Shown in pieces: positions 17,187 to 27,565 of a DNA stretch of 64,000 nucleotides. The DNA is from a virus (taxonomy: Duplodnaviria > Caudoviricetes). The first letter of the stretch is position 1, and every line of letters starts with the position of its first letter. The position numbers were made by a program, and so were the translations under genes. The notes under the pieces were generated by a model. It saw only the letters and a program-made list of their open reading frames with translations. It was not told the origin of the DNA and made no database searches. The DNA lies in the IMG/VR virus record IMGVR_UViG_3300032295_003840, positions 64,001 through 128,000 of that record, one strand, 5' to 3'.

Positions 17187-18875
17187 TTAGAGCCAGTTCG
17201 TTGAGGGTTTTTGAACAGTCCATAGATCTCCAGCTTCCAGGAACTGCTCGGGTTTTTCATCTTCACGCCCATCGGCAATAAAGCCAAAGGGTGTGAGTTC
17301 TTCTTCGATTTGTCGAATCTGATTTTCGTACATGGTGGTACGAATATTCATGTTGGTTAAATCACGAAAATATGGATTGGTTGTCAGCCAGGCAAACAAC
17401 ACCAGCGTCATCACCATGTCATCGTGATATCCTTCGTCGGCACTGTAGCTGCCCTTGTTGTCCTCGACGAAGGTTGAGAATTCTGAGATTACGTCGCTGT
17501 CCCAGATCAGCAGACGCTGTCCTTCCACCAGAGTCTTGAGCTGACTGCAGCCCACGCGCTTGACCTTTTTATCGGTGCGCACGCCTGACTGTATGGTGCG
17601 TCCAGCAAAACCACCGCTCACAACCTGCCCCTTGGCTGAGTCACGGCTAATCCAGAGCATGTTTTCATATTCCAATTCATGATACAGGATGTCGGCAACC
17701 TGTTGTCCATTGTCATTGATTTCCACCATGATGTGAGCATTGTTATAGTTGCGAGCCACGGTGTGAATCATGGTGGGATACAGCATGGGGCTGAGCTTGT
17801 TGTTGCGATACTTGGCCACCAGGCGATAGGGACTTTCAGTGACATCAATTACAGCAAAGGCATGATAATCGCCGCCCACACCGCGGCTGGTGTCCACGGT
17901 TATGACATAGGCGTTGTCGGGTTTGGTGACCTTGCCCTCGGCATCGCGCTCGCCACGCACAGGCTCTTCATAGACATCCAGATAGTCACGACTGTAGATG
18001 GGTTTCTTGGCGCTGAATCGACTCAATGTGTCGGCATCCAGCAAGGTATAGCTGGAACCCAGGAAGTTACACAGAACCTCCTGTGTAAATTTAACGTCGC
18101 CCAGAATAGCCTTTTGTTCATTGGCCCAGCGTTCATCGCGACCAGGTATGGCTGTGTAGGGTATGAACAGGTTCACAAAGTCATTGTTGCCCTGTTCGGC
18201 ATCGTTCCAGAACTTCCAGAAGTGATTGTAGCCCAGAGGGGTTGATGACATCAGCACCTTGGTGGTCTCACCGGCCATGATGGTCGGATAAGTGGCTGTG
18301 AAGAACTCTTCGGCTATGTTGTTGGGTATGATGGCGGCTTCGTCGATGTACAACCAGTTCACGGACTTACCACGGATACCAGATGCGGCGGTGGCTGCGG
18401 TAAATACCTTGCTCCCGTTCTCTAATTCTATCGAACCTTTGTTCCATTCTTTGACGCCTTGTTGCAGCCACATGGGCAGATGTTCATACATGTTCTGATA
18501 TCGACTCATGACCTCCCGAGCCGCTGCAGCTTTGTTGGCCAAGATGGCCACGGTCTTGTTGTCCTGGAATAACGTGTACCAGAGAATGCAGGCAGCCGAC
18601 GTAATAGTCTTGCCCTGCTGACGGCCTTCCATCAGTATAACCTTGCGGTTGTTCAGGATGACGTTGACTTTTTCTTTCTGGCATTCATAGAGCTTGAAGG
18701 GTACCAGACCCTTGTCCAGACTTACAATCTTGCAGTAGCTCTCTATGAAGTAGACAGGGTCTTCAATGCAATGAGCAATTTCTTCGATGTGCCAGGGTTC
18801 AAAATCAAAGGCAAATCCAATCTGCTTTAGATTGCTGTTGCCATTATAACTTGGACGTGTTCGGCGCAGTAGCAT
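17187..18875 (-). CDS. gp17: Terminase large subunit
   Basis: YNGNSNLK, Walker A RQQGKT, Walker B YIDEAA, SSTP.G, and nuclease motifs VDTSRG and HDD.VM. Confidence 0.98.
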   Translation of the reverse strand: MLLRRTRPSYNGNSNLKQIGFAFDFEPWHIEEIAHCIEDPVYFIESYCKIVSLDKGLVPFKLYECQKEKVNVILNNRKVILMEGRQQGKTITSAACILWYTLFQDNKTVAILANKAAAAREVMSRYQNMYEHLPMWLQQGVKEWNKGSIELENGSKVFTAATAASGIRGKSVNWLYIDEAAIIPNNIAEEFFTATYPTIMAGETTKVLMSSTPLGYNHFWKFWNDAEQGNNDFVNLFIPYTAIPGRDERWANEQKAILGDVKFTQEVLCNFLGSSYTLLDADTLSRFSAKKPIYSRDYLDVYEEPVRGERDAEGKVTKPDNAYVITVDTSRGVGGDYHAFAVIDVTESPYRLVAKYRNNKLSPMLYPTMIHTVARNYNNAHIMVEINDNGQQVADILYHELEYENMLWISRDSAKGQVVSGGFAGRTIQSGVRTDKKVKRVGCSQLKTLVEGQRLLIWDSDVISEFSTFVEDNKGSYSADEGYHDDMVMTLVLFAWLTTNPYFRDLTNMNIRTTMYENQIRQIEEELTPFGFIADGREDEKPEQFLEAGDLWTVQKPSTNWL

Positions 18876-19299
18876 CGATTATGTTCTCATTCTTAGATCT
18901 CAGAGCCTTGAGCAGCTCGTTGGTGGATCCAGCAAATACTATGTTGTTCTGTGTACCAATCTGCTGTGGCTTGGCTTCCTCAGGATCACGCAGGTCTTTA
19001 CGAGCCTTTTGCAGCGCCAGCAGATCCTTGGCAGTCTCGGCCACGGTCTTGATTAATTGTCCAGTGACTTCATAGGCACGGGGATGATCGCTCTGACGTG
19101 CTACATCGATCATGCCATCCAAGGCCTGTTCGCCCTTGGTGATTAGATTACGCAGGGTAGTGCGTGCCTGATCAAAATCGTCGTCGACATTGTTGGCTGT
19201 GACTACGGCAGGCAGGGCCGCATCAACGCGAGCCGGCAGAGCCGATGGCACAGTATTAAATTTGCTGTCCAGCGCCGCAAAGACATCTTTATCTTGCAA
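18844..19299 (-). CDS. gp16: Terminase small subunit
   Basis: DDF..AR..L, HPRAYEV.GQL and NN..F.GST.EL motifs. Confidence 0.95.
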   Translation of the reverse strand: MQDKDVFAALDSKFNTVPSALPARVDAALPAVVTANNVDDDFDQARTTLRNLITKGEQALDGMIDVARQSDHPRAYEVTGQLIKTVAETAKDLLALQKARKDLRDPEEAKPQQIGTQNNIVFAGSTNELLKALRSKNENIIDATAPNTSKL

Positions 19300-21094
19300 T
19301 TGTAAACCCTCGTGTATCCCAACCCAGGAACGCCGGTGTTCCGGTGCTAGCCAAGGGCTGACCAGCCATGTTTTGTCCAGCTATGGCATAGCGTATGATG
19401 GCACCCGAGGTTGATCCCCATACTGTGGAGCCTGCTACAATGTTATCAGGGATCAGTTCATTGCCAGGAGACACTGTCAACATTTTGGTGTGTATAGAGG
19501 TCACACTGGCCACAGTATCTTTGACAACCTGAGTTGGTCCATTGGTTGGGCCTGAATTTATGTTGGCTCCATAGGCCGTGGCATTGGAGCTGGCCCAGGG
19601 TTCGCCAAAGAACACCACGGCATTGGTGATCAGAGTGGTGTTGTGAATTACATTGATCTCAGCAGTAATGCCAGGCAATGGTGGTATGGCTCGGATCAAT
19701 ATTGAACTGTACAGTGCTGCGTTGGCAGTAGTAGCCACCGAGGACAGCAGCAGACCCTGATGTGAGAGCAGACTGTCCACAGTAAGTTTAGTGAACGACG
19801 TTGTTTCAACCGACGATGAATGATTGGGGCCGGCGCCAGTGTTGGCATAGCTGAGTCGCAGTACATTGCCGCCAGCGTTGGTGGTTACAAAGGGTAGTGG
19901 ATCTATACTGGTGTTCAGAGTTCTAAAACAGCCCAGTCTGCGCACTACTCGGTACGCACTGCCGCCCTGAGCGCTGGCCAGTTTGCTTTCAGTTATAGAG
20001 TAGCTCGACGAATTTGTGGCAACAATGTCTGCGCCGCCAGTGCCTTCATCGACTATGAGATACACATAGTACCAGGTACCAGTGTTAATGGTATCCAAGC
20101 TGGCCTGACCATTGGTTGCGGTCCAAGTACCTGCATTGTCCCAGGCTCTGGACATTTCAACAGTAGCCGCCACAAAAGAACGAACTTCAGTGCTGGTCAC
20201 CACAGTAGCACCAGTAACACTGAAACTATAATGTACAGCTGCGCCTGGGCTAACAACTAAACGCAGTGGAGTTCCTCGGATATTATAGGTCAATCCACTG
20301 ATGAAGTCAGGAAAGAATCTGCCGTCGATGCTGACTGATCGGTTTTCCGACAATGCGCCACCACCGGATACTCCGCGTGCTCCAGTAACAGTGCTGGTAC
20401 CATTGGCAAACCCACGACGCGATATGGCTTCCTGTACAAAGCCGCTGTGTACAATGGTGCCGCTGCTATCGCTGGGAGACTTATAGTCGTCGCTGTTGAT
20501 GATAGGGGTACGATATAATATAATGCCTGACGATCCAGTGCTGATCATCATGCTGCTGACGCCACTTTCTTCGGCGTTGTTTCTGAATACAGTCAGACCG
20601 TCTATGCCACCGATTGCCACACCACGATTGGTGATGGCCAGACTGGTGGCCTGTGCATTGCCCATGCCAAAAAACCAGGCACCACGGGTAGCCGCAGTGG
20701 ACCCTGTGGTGGTAGCAGCCATGCGCCACATACGACGGCCATTGAAAATCATTTCCAGCGAATTGGGGATGCTGGTGTATTCTTCGTCAGTACCAGCTTT
20801 GCCTGTGTTGTTGGTTAAAATCAGTACTGAACTACCATTGCCAGACAAGGTCTTGAGCATGGTGCTGGAGCTGGGTATGAACTGATTGTTGATGGGACTC
20901 CAGCCCAGCATGTCTCCCACAGCAGGCGCACCAATCAAGGGTGTGCCCAGATCAATGCGCAGTGAGCCCGTGGCCGATCCTGCTAACTGTGTATAGAGTT
21001 CAGAAAAATTAGCGTTGATCTTGGTACCACCGGCATACAGACTATCGCCATCGTTGTTGTTGGGTGTTCCAAGAAAGATTGTTTGCAATGCCAT
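19289..21094 (-). CDS. Fibre-like virion protein with gp9/gp10-type N-terminal attachment motif
   Basis: N-terminal GTPNNNDGDSLYAGGTKINANFSELY; fibre-type GVSGGGALS..RSVSID; WYYVYLI...RRLG distal domain. Confidence 0.65.
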   Translation of the reverse strand: MALQTIFLGTPNNNDGDSLYAGGTKINANFSELYTQLAGSATGSLRIDLGTPLIGAPAVGDMLGWSPINNQFIPSSSTMLKTLSGNGSSVLILTNNTGKAGTDEEYTSIPNSLEMIFNGRRMWRMAATTTGSTAATRGAWFFGMGNAQATSLAITNRGVAIGGIDGLTVFRNNAEESGVSSMMISTGSSGIILYRTPIINSDDYKSPSDSSGTIVHSGFVQEAISRRGFANGTSTVTGARGVSGGGALSENRSVSIDGRFFPDFISGLTYNIRGTPLRLVVSPGAAVHYSFSVTGATVVTSTEVRSFVAATVEMSRAWDNAGTWTATNGQASLDTINTGTWYYVYLIVDEGTGGADIVATNSSSYSITESKLASAQGGSAYRVVRRLGCFRTLNTSIDPLPFVTTNAGGNVLRLSYANTGAGPNHSSSVETTSFTKLTVDSLLSHQGLLLSSVATTANAALYSSILIRAIPPLPGITAEINVIHNTTLITNAVVFFGEPWASSNATAYGANINSGPTNGPTQVVKDTVASVTSIHTKMLTVSPGNELIPDNIVAGSTVWGSTSGAIIRYAIAGQNMAGQPLASTGTPAFLGWDTRGFTIAR

Positions 21095-21107
21095 GTCTGT
21101 ATCCTAG

Positions 21108-21866
21108 TTAAAATGTACTCTCATCGGAAGTACTGACGAAATCAAAGTCATCCGACGGTGTAGCAGTCAGTGGATTGGTTGTCTCGGTATATTTAGCCAA
21201 TTGGTTTTCCAGCTCAGGATCGTTGAACACATTGGCTATGGCGCTGCGAATTATGGTCTGACGCTCTATGGGTCCATAGTAGTAGAGCTTCAGAGTAAAG
21301 GTATAGGTCCAGATTATGGTGCGCCGTCCCTGTACCTCGCCTTCGAAGTCATCCTGGAAACTTACACTGTTTAAGATGATGGGTAGATCGTGTTTGATGT
21401 TCAGCTCAGGAATATAGTTTACAGTGACATTGAAATCAGGATTAAAGGCAGGCGCAATTTGTTCAAAGATCTGCAGGCCATCGTCCTGATTTTTAGCATA
21501 GGCGTAGAGATTCACAGTCAGGTTATAGGGTGTGGGACCATAGACACGTTTAGCCTGAGTCTGTCCTGTGACCGCACTGGTGGGATTCATGTTGTTGATT
21601 TTTCTGGCACCGTCATACTCAAAGGCTATGACTTCAAAACTTAGCCGTGGTAGTATGACCTGCTGTCTGACAACATCGGCATCGGGCAGTTGTGCTATGC
21701 GAGTCAGCATCTTGTTCTTGGGAGCATAGGCCAAGGGTACGCGCAGACTCTGCACAACATTGCCTGCAGCATCTCGGCGTCGAATCTGCAGGTTGTTGAA
21801 CATTACGCCAAAGGCTATGATGGCCTTGCGTGTTATGCTGTGATAGAATACTTTGTTTTCAAACAT
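21108..21866 (-). CDS. gp15: Proximal tail sheath stabilizer/tail terminator
   Basis: FYH..TRK...AFG..FN, VPLAYAPK, LPRLSFE and DGLQIFEQI.P.F.P motifs. Confidence 0.96.
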   Translation of the reverse strand: MFENKVFYHSITRKAIIAFGVMFNNLQIRRRDAAGNVVQSLRVPLAYAPKNKMLTRIAQLPDADVVRQQVILPRLSFEVIAFEYDGARKINNMNPTSAVTGQTQAKRVYGPTPYNLTVNLYAYAKNQDDGLQIFEQIAPAFNPDFNVTVNYIPELNIKHDLPIILNSVSFQDDFEGEVQGRRTIIWTYTFTLKLYYYGPIERQTIIRSAIANVFNDPELENQLAKYTETTNPLTATPSDDFDFVSTSDESTF

Positions 21867-22636
21867 TATCGTGTCACCACTTCACCAAAGGGATTGATGG
21901 TTGAGAAATCCAGGATCTCCAGTGCCTCGTTGCTGAAATCTTCGTTGTCGCTCAGCACATCCTGACCCTTGACAGTGTAGCCTTCGAACAACAACTGGCC
22001 AGTGTCGCTGTCCAGCCAGGCCGGTGTATCCAGCAGCAGACGACTTCCGTCTTCCAACACCAATCCGTAGAGATCGGTGTCCTGACTCAGCTGATCTTCT
22101 ATGGCATCGACTTCGGCTATGCCAGTATCGAACCGCTCTGAGCTGTACTGGTAGAGTTCACAGTAGAGTTTATAGACGTAGAGTTTGCCCAGCTGATAGA
22201 ATGGGTCCTTGGTTTCTACCTTTTTAACTTCAAAGTAACTCTTGGTCAAGGGCAGATAGATTAAATCGCCTTCGGCTGGACGATTGGGCAGGGGTATGGA
22301 ATTGCTGCGGCCCTTGCCTACAACATCTTCCCAGCGACCACGAACCAGCACAAAGGTGGCTGTTTCACGCAGCTCAATGCCAAATTTGGACATGAGTTCG
22401 CCTTCGCCGCCAAACCCATCGACATTCTCCAGATACATTTCCAGGGGCAGAGCATTGTCAAACTTGCTCAGTGTATCGTCGGCAAAGAAGGTGTCTTCAT
22501 TGACTTCGGTGCGGGGCAGATAGTAGACATCGAATCCATAGATCTTGATGCTCTCTGTGATCAGACTTTCTATGAGTCGTTGTTCACTGGTACGGCCTCC
22601 AGGTACGCCACTTTGAAAATAAAAGTTGGTGGCCAT
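21866..22636 (-). CDS. gp14: Neck protein
   Basis: EQ.L.E.L..ESIKIYG.DVYYLPR, SKFG, RP.EGDLIY, FYQLGK and DFS..NPFG motifs. Confidence 0.96.
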   Translation of the reverse strand: MATNFYFQSGVPGGRTSEQRLIESLITESIKIYGFDVYYLPRTEVNEDTFFADDTLSKFDNALPLEMYLENVDGFGGEGELMSKFGIELRETATFVLVRGRWEDVVGKGRSNSIPLPNRPAEGDLIYLPLTKSYFEVKKVETKDPFYQLGKLYVYKLYCELYQYSSERFDTGIAEVDAIEDQLSQDTDLYGLVLEDGSRLLLDTPAWLDSDTGQLLFEGYTVKGQDVLSDNEDFSNEALEILDFSTINPFGEVVTR

Positions 22637-22639
22637 GTA

Positions 22640-23383
22640 TTATCCCACCATGAAGTTGGGCGGCTCTACATAGGTGCTCTGCATCTCAGTTTCCAGATAA
22701 CGAATTTCTTCTATAGCCTCGTCATAGATTTTCTGACCATTGAGTGTGACGCCACCAGGCATCTGTATGCCTTCGAACTTTTTAAGATTGGCACCCCACT
22801 GACGTTTGATCAGAGCCGTGGCATAGCGTTTCAAGAAGCGATCATTGTAGACATCGGTATAGGTATTGGGGTTCAGTATCTTGTAGGCTTCCACCAGAAT
22901 AAACTCACCCTCGCTGATGTCGGTTTGCCAGCCCATGTCAATGTGCAGACGATTCTGATGTCGCTGGAATCTGAAACTCTTGCTGCCCACCAGCAGCTGA
23001 TCAATCAAGGATAGCTGTTGTTTGACCTGCTCATAGTAGATGATCGACGTGTTCAGCAGATCAAACATATCATTGAGACGCAGCTGATAGCGTATGTCCC
23101 ACATATAGGCCTGACCAGTGTTGATGGCACTGAAGGGCAGCACTCGAACTACACCTATGATGCTGTCGTCCAGATCAATGTAGGTATTGGTCTGGTTGCT
23201 GCTAGTGACCTGATGTTTCAGGTAAATGCGCTCTATGGCATCATAGTGATAGTCCTGATAGTACTGAAACGCTTCGTCGATGCGATCGCTGACCTGATCG
23301 TCATCGACGTTGACTTCCAACACAGGATGCCCCAGCTCTCTGAGGCAATAGTCTATGAGTCCCTGTCTGCTACTTACCGTCAT
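22640..23383 (-). CDS. gp13: Neck protein
   Basis: LIDYCLR.LG.PV.EVNV and Y.TALIKRQWG.NL.KF.G..MPGGVT.NG motifs. Confidence 0.97.
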   Translation of the reverse strand: MTVSSRQGLIDYCLRELGHPVLEVNVDDDQVSDRIDEAFQYYQDYHYDAIERIYLKHQVTSSNQTNTYIDLDDSIIGVVRVLPFSAINTGQAYMWDIRYQLRLNDMFDLLNTSIIYYEQVKQQLSLIDQLLVGSKSFRFQRHQNRLHIDMGWQTDISEGEFILVEAYKILNPNTYTDVYNDRFLKRYATALIKRQWGANLKKFEGIQMPGGVTLNGQKIYDEAIEEIRYLETEMQSTYVEPPNFMVG

Positions 23384-23392
23384 GGTTTCTCC

Positions 23393-26329
23393 TTAGGCCT
23401 GTGCTTCGGTCCAGCTTAGACGCATGTTGGAAATAATTGCTGGTCCGGCATTTTGATTTCTAAGCACAATGGTCAGCATGTCTGGTCCGTTGGGAAAGCC
23501 CGGTGTCTTGGCACTGCCTGGGCCACTGACAATGCTGTTACCTAAGTCACGAACGTTGCTGATGTCATAGTTGTCGGCACCAGTCGAGGTAACGAAACCA
23601 AAGATCTGTTCACCACCAGTAACAGTGGTTGTATTGCCAGTATGGTCAATGATCTGTGCCAGACTACCTGAACCAATCTGAGTAACAATGCTGGTTATAC
23701 CCCAGACGGTGGGAAACACTGGTGCGGTACTTCCACCAAAGACCGTGGGATTAAGAACACCCAGAACCTGAATCGAGGTATTACACACCAGACCCAGGCC
23801 CCGCATCTGCAGCTGCATGCGGTTTACAATTTCTCGTACGCCAAATTGTCCAGCAATGCTGTTGTCCACACTGGGTGCCAGACGTATGCTCAGCACGGCA
23901 ATGCTGGTGTTGGCTGCAATTGTAGTCAAAGATGTCAGTCGTGTATAAGCAAAAACAATGCTGCGGTCATCGTCATAGCCACCGTCCATGATTACACTGG
24001 TGCCCCAGTGCATTACTGTTGGTGCGCAGTTACATTCAATGTAGGTTACACTGCACTGTGAACTATTGCTTACTGCACCGCCTTCGTATTCTGTGGGAAC
24101 AAAGGTCAGGTTGCTGGTTGATCCACCCACCAGACGACGACTTAGTTGTTTCAGAGTCCAGGTACTGGCAATCGACGTATTGGCTTCCTTGCCTGAATAG
24201 GTCATGACTTCCACATTGGCGCCCTGCTGTACCAGAATTCTACCGTCATTGGGCCAGTAGGTTGCATCGCTGACCACCATCTGAACATCTCCAGATCCTA
24301 AACTCACACCCGGTGTGGCCACGTTATTGCTGACCAGCTTGGTATAGGGGCCGACGTTGAATACTTCGTAGCGAGCCGGCAGGTTACCAGATCGCATGTA
24401 GGCCTGATTGTTGACGTTGTTGTTGGCAATCTTATGGCAATAGACTACATCGCCATTGGTCATGCGCCAGCCAAATCTAACGAAACCTGCACCATACCAG
24501 GTATAGTCAATGTAGGCCATCTGCATTTTGCCAATGTCCAGATTATAACCACTGGGACCCGACCCATCGCAACGATCCAGGTTCCAGCTGCTCTGTGGTA
24601 TGCGCAGATTCTGCGTTACATTGACTCGGAGGCCTGCAGCAGTGTCGCCACGATAGGGTGGAGCAATCTCCATGCTGGTGGCAGTGTCTATGGCAGTAAC
24701 CTGAAAACTTGATCCACGGATCACAATGTTGTCGCCCACCACTAGCTGTTTATGAAACTTGGTGTTTAAACCAGTGACTGTGGTTGAGCCACTGGTGGCT
24801 GTCACTGTACCAAAAAGCTCTTTGATGCTCTGACGGCGTACTGCGAACAAAGTCTGACCATCGTATTCATAGTAGAAACCATTCTGAGCATCGAACATAC
24901 CAACTCTAGACGACGCACCCTTCCAGTTCTTTACAGTGATCTGAGCATTGGTGCCGCCAGGATTGGTGTCAGTGCTGGCCTGTGCTACGTTGTAGGTCAG
25001 TGTACGGCTGGTGGCAACCGAAGTAGTCACGCTCTGCACAACAAAGGTACCATTGTAGGGGTTGGTGGAACCCAGATTGGTTTCCACGCCTTCGACCACA
25101 ATGCTGACACCGCTGAGCAGCGACAGGGTTTGCTGTGTAGTAACACTGACCGATGTTCCAACCGCAGTTATGGTATTGATGTCAAAGTGTGAGCAGAACT
25201 TGGTGCCGGTACTCATGGCCAGGCCCTTGCCTGACTGATAACGGAAGTAGCGTCGAGTCTGACGTATGGCTGACACACCTTCCTGAATATTGTTGGTGCT
25301 GATCAGAACACCGCCGTCGCCGGCTCGATGCACAAAGGTTGCCTCGGGGCGTGGCATGAACATGGCATTGCCCAGTGTGGGCGAAGTAGCACCAGTCTGA
25401 ACATTCAGGGTAAGATAGCGGAAGCTAGTGGCGGTGGGGACGTCGTAGACACTCCAGTTACCATTGATGGTGGTTGTGGTAGCTGAGTTAACCAGGATTG
25501 GCGATCCAGGCATCAATCCATGTTTACCTGTGGTGTTCACAGTCACCATGCTGCCCGACAACGCAGAGTTAGTAGCAGCATTGTCTGACGCCACGGTGGA
25601 TACAATGAAACGCATTGGTACATTGTTGATGTCGTAGTTGTAGCCTGCCTGTACTATGCTGGCACTGGTGTAGACGCTGCCGTTGATCTGACCCTTGCCA
25701 ATGTAGGTAAAGTTTGTTGTCGTAGAGCTGACAATGGCAAACACGCCCTCGGCGTCCAGGTTGCTGGTGTAGCTTACGTTGACCAGATCACTGGTGACCA
25801 AACCATGGGCACCAACTGTGGTGACCGTGATTAAAGATCTGGGTGTCTGGTTACCGCCACTGATACCACCGGTGGTGACGTTCAGGCTGTTGGCACCGCC
25901 GCGATAGAAGTAGCCAGGATAGTTCTGCAGCAGGCTTAGGCTTTCCCATTTAATGGGCTGCAGGCCAAATTCAAAGTCAGTGTCGATCAGACTTTCTGGC
26001 GCAGCAACTCGCAGTTTATTGGCAGGATCCTGCAGCACTTCTATGGGCGCAAAACGCTCGTCGGCAACATCCTCCATGATCATTATGGGATCGGATGCAT
26101 TCATGCTGGTGGTGTTGTAGGCCAGAGTAAACTGCGTGCCTGTGCTGCTGAACGGACAGGTATAGCTGGCCAGTGTTAGATCTGGATCGCTAAAGTTATA
26201 GAGTACAGTGTTACTGGTAACATTGACCACCAACAGCAACTGTTCCCTGCTGATGATACGATTGGGAATCGTTATGGTTTTGGTTGCGGGGTCAAATGTA
26301 TAGTATTCACTTAAAATGCGTTTCGCCAT
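23393..26329 (-). CDS. Large beta-rich virion structural/fibre protein
   Basis: 978 aa; KLRV..PESLIDTDFEFGLQP.KWE, RQTRRYFRYQSGKG, YTWYGAG and HWGTSVIMDG motifs recalled from T4-like structural proteins; lies immediately before gp13. Confidence 0.75.
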   Translation of the reverse strand: MAKRILSEYYTFDPATKTITIPNRIISREQLLLVVNVTSNTVLYNFSDPDLTLASYTCPFSSTGTQFTLAYNTTSMNASDPIMIMEDVADERFAPIEVLQDPANKLRVAAPESLIDTDFEFGLQPIKWESLSLLQNYPGYFYRGGANSLNVTTGGISGGNQTPRSLITVTTVGAHGLVTSDLVNVSYTSNLDAEGVFAIVSSTTTNFTYIGKGQINGSVYTSASIVQAGYNYDINNVPMRFIVSTVASDNAATNSALSGSMVTVNTTGKHGLMPGSPILVNSATTTTINGNWSVYDVPTATSFRYLTLNVQTGATSPTLGNAMFMPRPEATFVHRAGDGGVLISTNNIQEGVSAIRQTRRYFRYQSGKGLAMSTGTKFCSHFDINTITAVGTSVSVTTQQTLSLLSGVSIVVEGVETNLGSTNPYNGTFVVQSVTTSVATSRTLTYNVAQASTDTNPGGTNAQITVKNWKGASSRVGMFDAQNGFYYEYDGQTLFAVRRQSIKELFGTVTATSGSTTVTGLNTKFHKQLVVGDNIVIRGSSFQVTAIDTATSMEIAPPYRGDTAAGLRVNVTQNLRIPQSSWNLDRCDGSGPSGYNLDIGKMQMAYIDYTWYGAGFVRFGWRMTNGDVVYCHKIANNNVNNQAYMRSGNLPARYEVFNVGPYTKLVSNNVATPGVSLGSGDVQMVVSDATYWPNDGRILVQQGANVEVMTYSGKEANTSIASTWTLKQLSRRLVGGSTSNLTFVPTEYEGGAVSNSSQCSVTYIECNCAPTVMHWGTSVIMDGGYDDDRSIVFAYTRLTSLTTIAANTSIAVLSIRLAPSVDNSIAGQFGVREIVNRMQLQMRGLGLVCNTSIQVLGVLNPTVFGGSTAPVFPTVWGITSIVTQIGSGSLAQIIDHTGNTTTVTGGEQIFGFVTSTGADNYDISNVRDLGNSIVSGPGSAKTPGFPNGPDMLTIVLRNQNAGPAIISNMRLSWTEAQA

Positions 26330-26332
26330 GAA

Positions 26333-27547
26333 TCAATCTCCTAGGACTATGCTGTTGGCTGAGAATGGATAACGTTTTTTCTTTTGCCTTGATGCGGACC
26401 GATTATTTATCCGTATTTCTGCAGACTGTCGCGACTCAATGCCGCGATAAAAAATAATTCTGCTGCCCGATACCCTATAGGTATAGGTTCGTTCAGCCGT
26501 GTAGTCTACTATCCAAGGACCCAGCGTAGTTGTTTGTGGAACAGCAGCCCGATAATGTCTATTACCAATGCTGACTGTAAGATCTTTGTTGTCAGTATAA
26601 TGCACGCCTTCGGTGATGGCTACCTGATCGTCTCGTAGCGTGAACATGCGCTGAGCATTGTTGAACTGATCGGCAATATCGTCCAGCACAGTCACCGTGG
26701 CTCCAAAGCCTGCCACGACATTGCTGGTCACCGTACTGGTTACTGAATTGGCAACTATGCTGCTGCCTGTGACGCTGGTGATTAACTGGGTTGGAACATA
26801 GATGCCGTTGAACCAGGTAATGTTACCAACACTACCAGCATGAGCAACCGTAACGTCTCTATTAGCACCCGAGCTATTTTGTACGTAGATTTCAAAGTAA
26901 TCGGTGCTGCCATTGGCGTAGGCCAGAGCACTGACCTGCATGGCAAAGAAACTGGTAGCGGGCCAACCAGTTGCATTATACCCACGGTGATACTCAGAAC
27001 CATTCTTATAAAGAATAATCATTGCCTCGCTGCTGCCCATGTTGTCCATGCGGACCGTGGCATTGAGCTGATAATATCCAGTTACTGTGGGAGTAAATCT
27101 TGAGTTAGCAAAGTTGCCATTGTTGTCCCATTCTTCGTTCTGGAACAGCACCTTTTGTTGTTGCCCATTTGCCAGTATAGTCTGCTGAATGCTGCTATCA
27201 GGATAGGCACTGAAGGTGGGATAGGTGGTTGTACCAGTGTTGACCGTGCTGGTCACAGTAGCACTTACTGTGCTGATCACAGTACTGGTTACTGTGCTGC
27301 TGACATTGGTTACACTGGGAGTTACCGGAGTCCAAGCGGAGCCGCTCCAGGTCAGAGCCTGACCAGTTGTGGGTGTTGCCGAGCTGACTGCGTTGCCACG
27401 CAGTTTGGTGACGACAGGGGCACTGGTGCCGCCCCCCAGATCGCCGCCGAGCTCAATCTTTAGTAAATTGAGCTGGCGGAAATTATCATCGAGTTCACTG
27501 TTGGTAAGCGGCGAGCCCTTGTCTATACGCAGTGTTATACTGGCCAT
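26333..27547 (-). CDS. Fibre protein with C1q-like domain
   Basis: N-terminal ITLR..KGSPLTN.ELD.NF; GQALTWSGSAW fibre motif; FSAY...VLF..E.WD....F..SRFTP.V.GYYQ C1q/TNF-like pattern flanked by Ser/Thr-rich linkers. Confidence 0.7.
   Translation of the reverse strand: MASITLRIDKGSPLTNSELDDNFRQLNLLKIELGGDLGGGTSAPVVTKLRGNAVSSATPTTGQALTWSGSAWTPVTPSVTNVSSTVTSTVISTVSATVTSTVNTGTTTYPTFSAYPDSSIQQTILANGQQQKVLFQNEEWDNNGNFANSRFTPTVTGYYQLNATVRMDNMGSSEAMIILYKNGSEYHRGYNATGWPATSFFAMQVSALAYANGSTDYFEIYVQNSSGANRDVTVAHAGSVGNITWFNGIYVPTQLITSVTGSSIVANSVTSTVTSNVVAGFGATVTVLDDIADQFNNAQRMFTLRDDQVAITEGVHYTDNKDLTVSIGNRHYRAAVPQTTTLGPWIVDYTAERTYTYRVSGSRIIFYRGIESRQSAEIRINNRSASRQKKKRYPFSANSIVLGD
26404..26411 (-). promoter_or_regulatory. 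Late promoter for the 978-aa gene
   Basis: GATAAATA 75 bp before the ATG at 26329. Confidence 0.6.
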
Positions 27548-27565
27548 GTGGCTGCCCCATTATAA

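Noticed and set aside
17679-18245. Long antisense ORFs (also 1222-1782, 35234-35812, 46264-46938, 55617-56276)
   Set aside because: They lie wholly opposite well-supported genes, have no recognisable motifs, and are expected shadows of biased codon usage.
8837-18875. Introns or inteins in capsid, portal, sheath or terminase genes
   Set aside because: The ORFs are continuous, of normal length, and show no intein or LAGLIDADG/HNH motifs.
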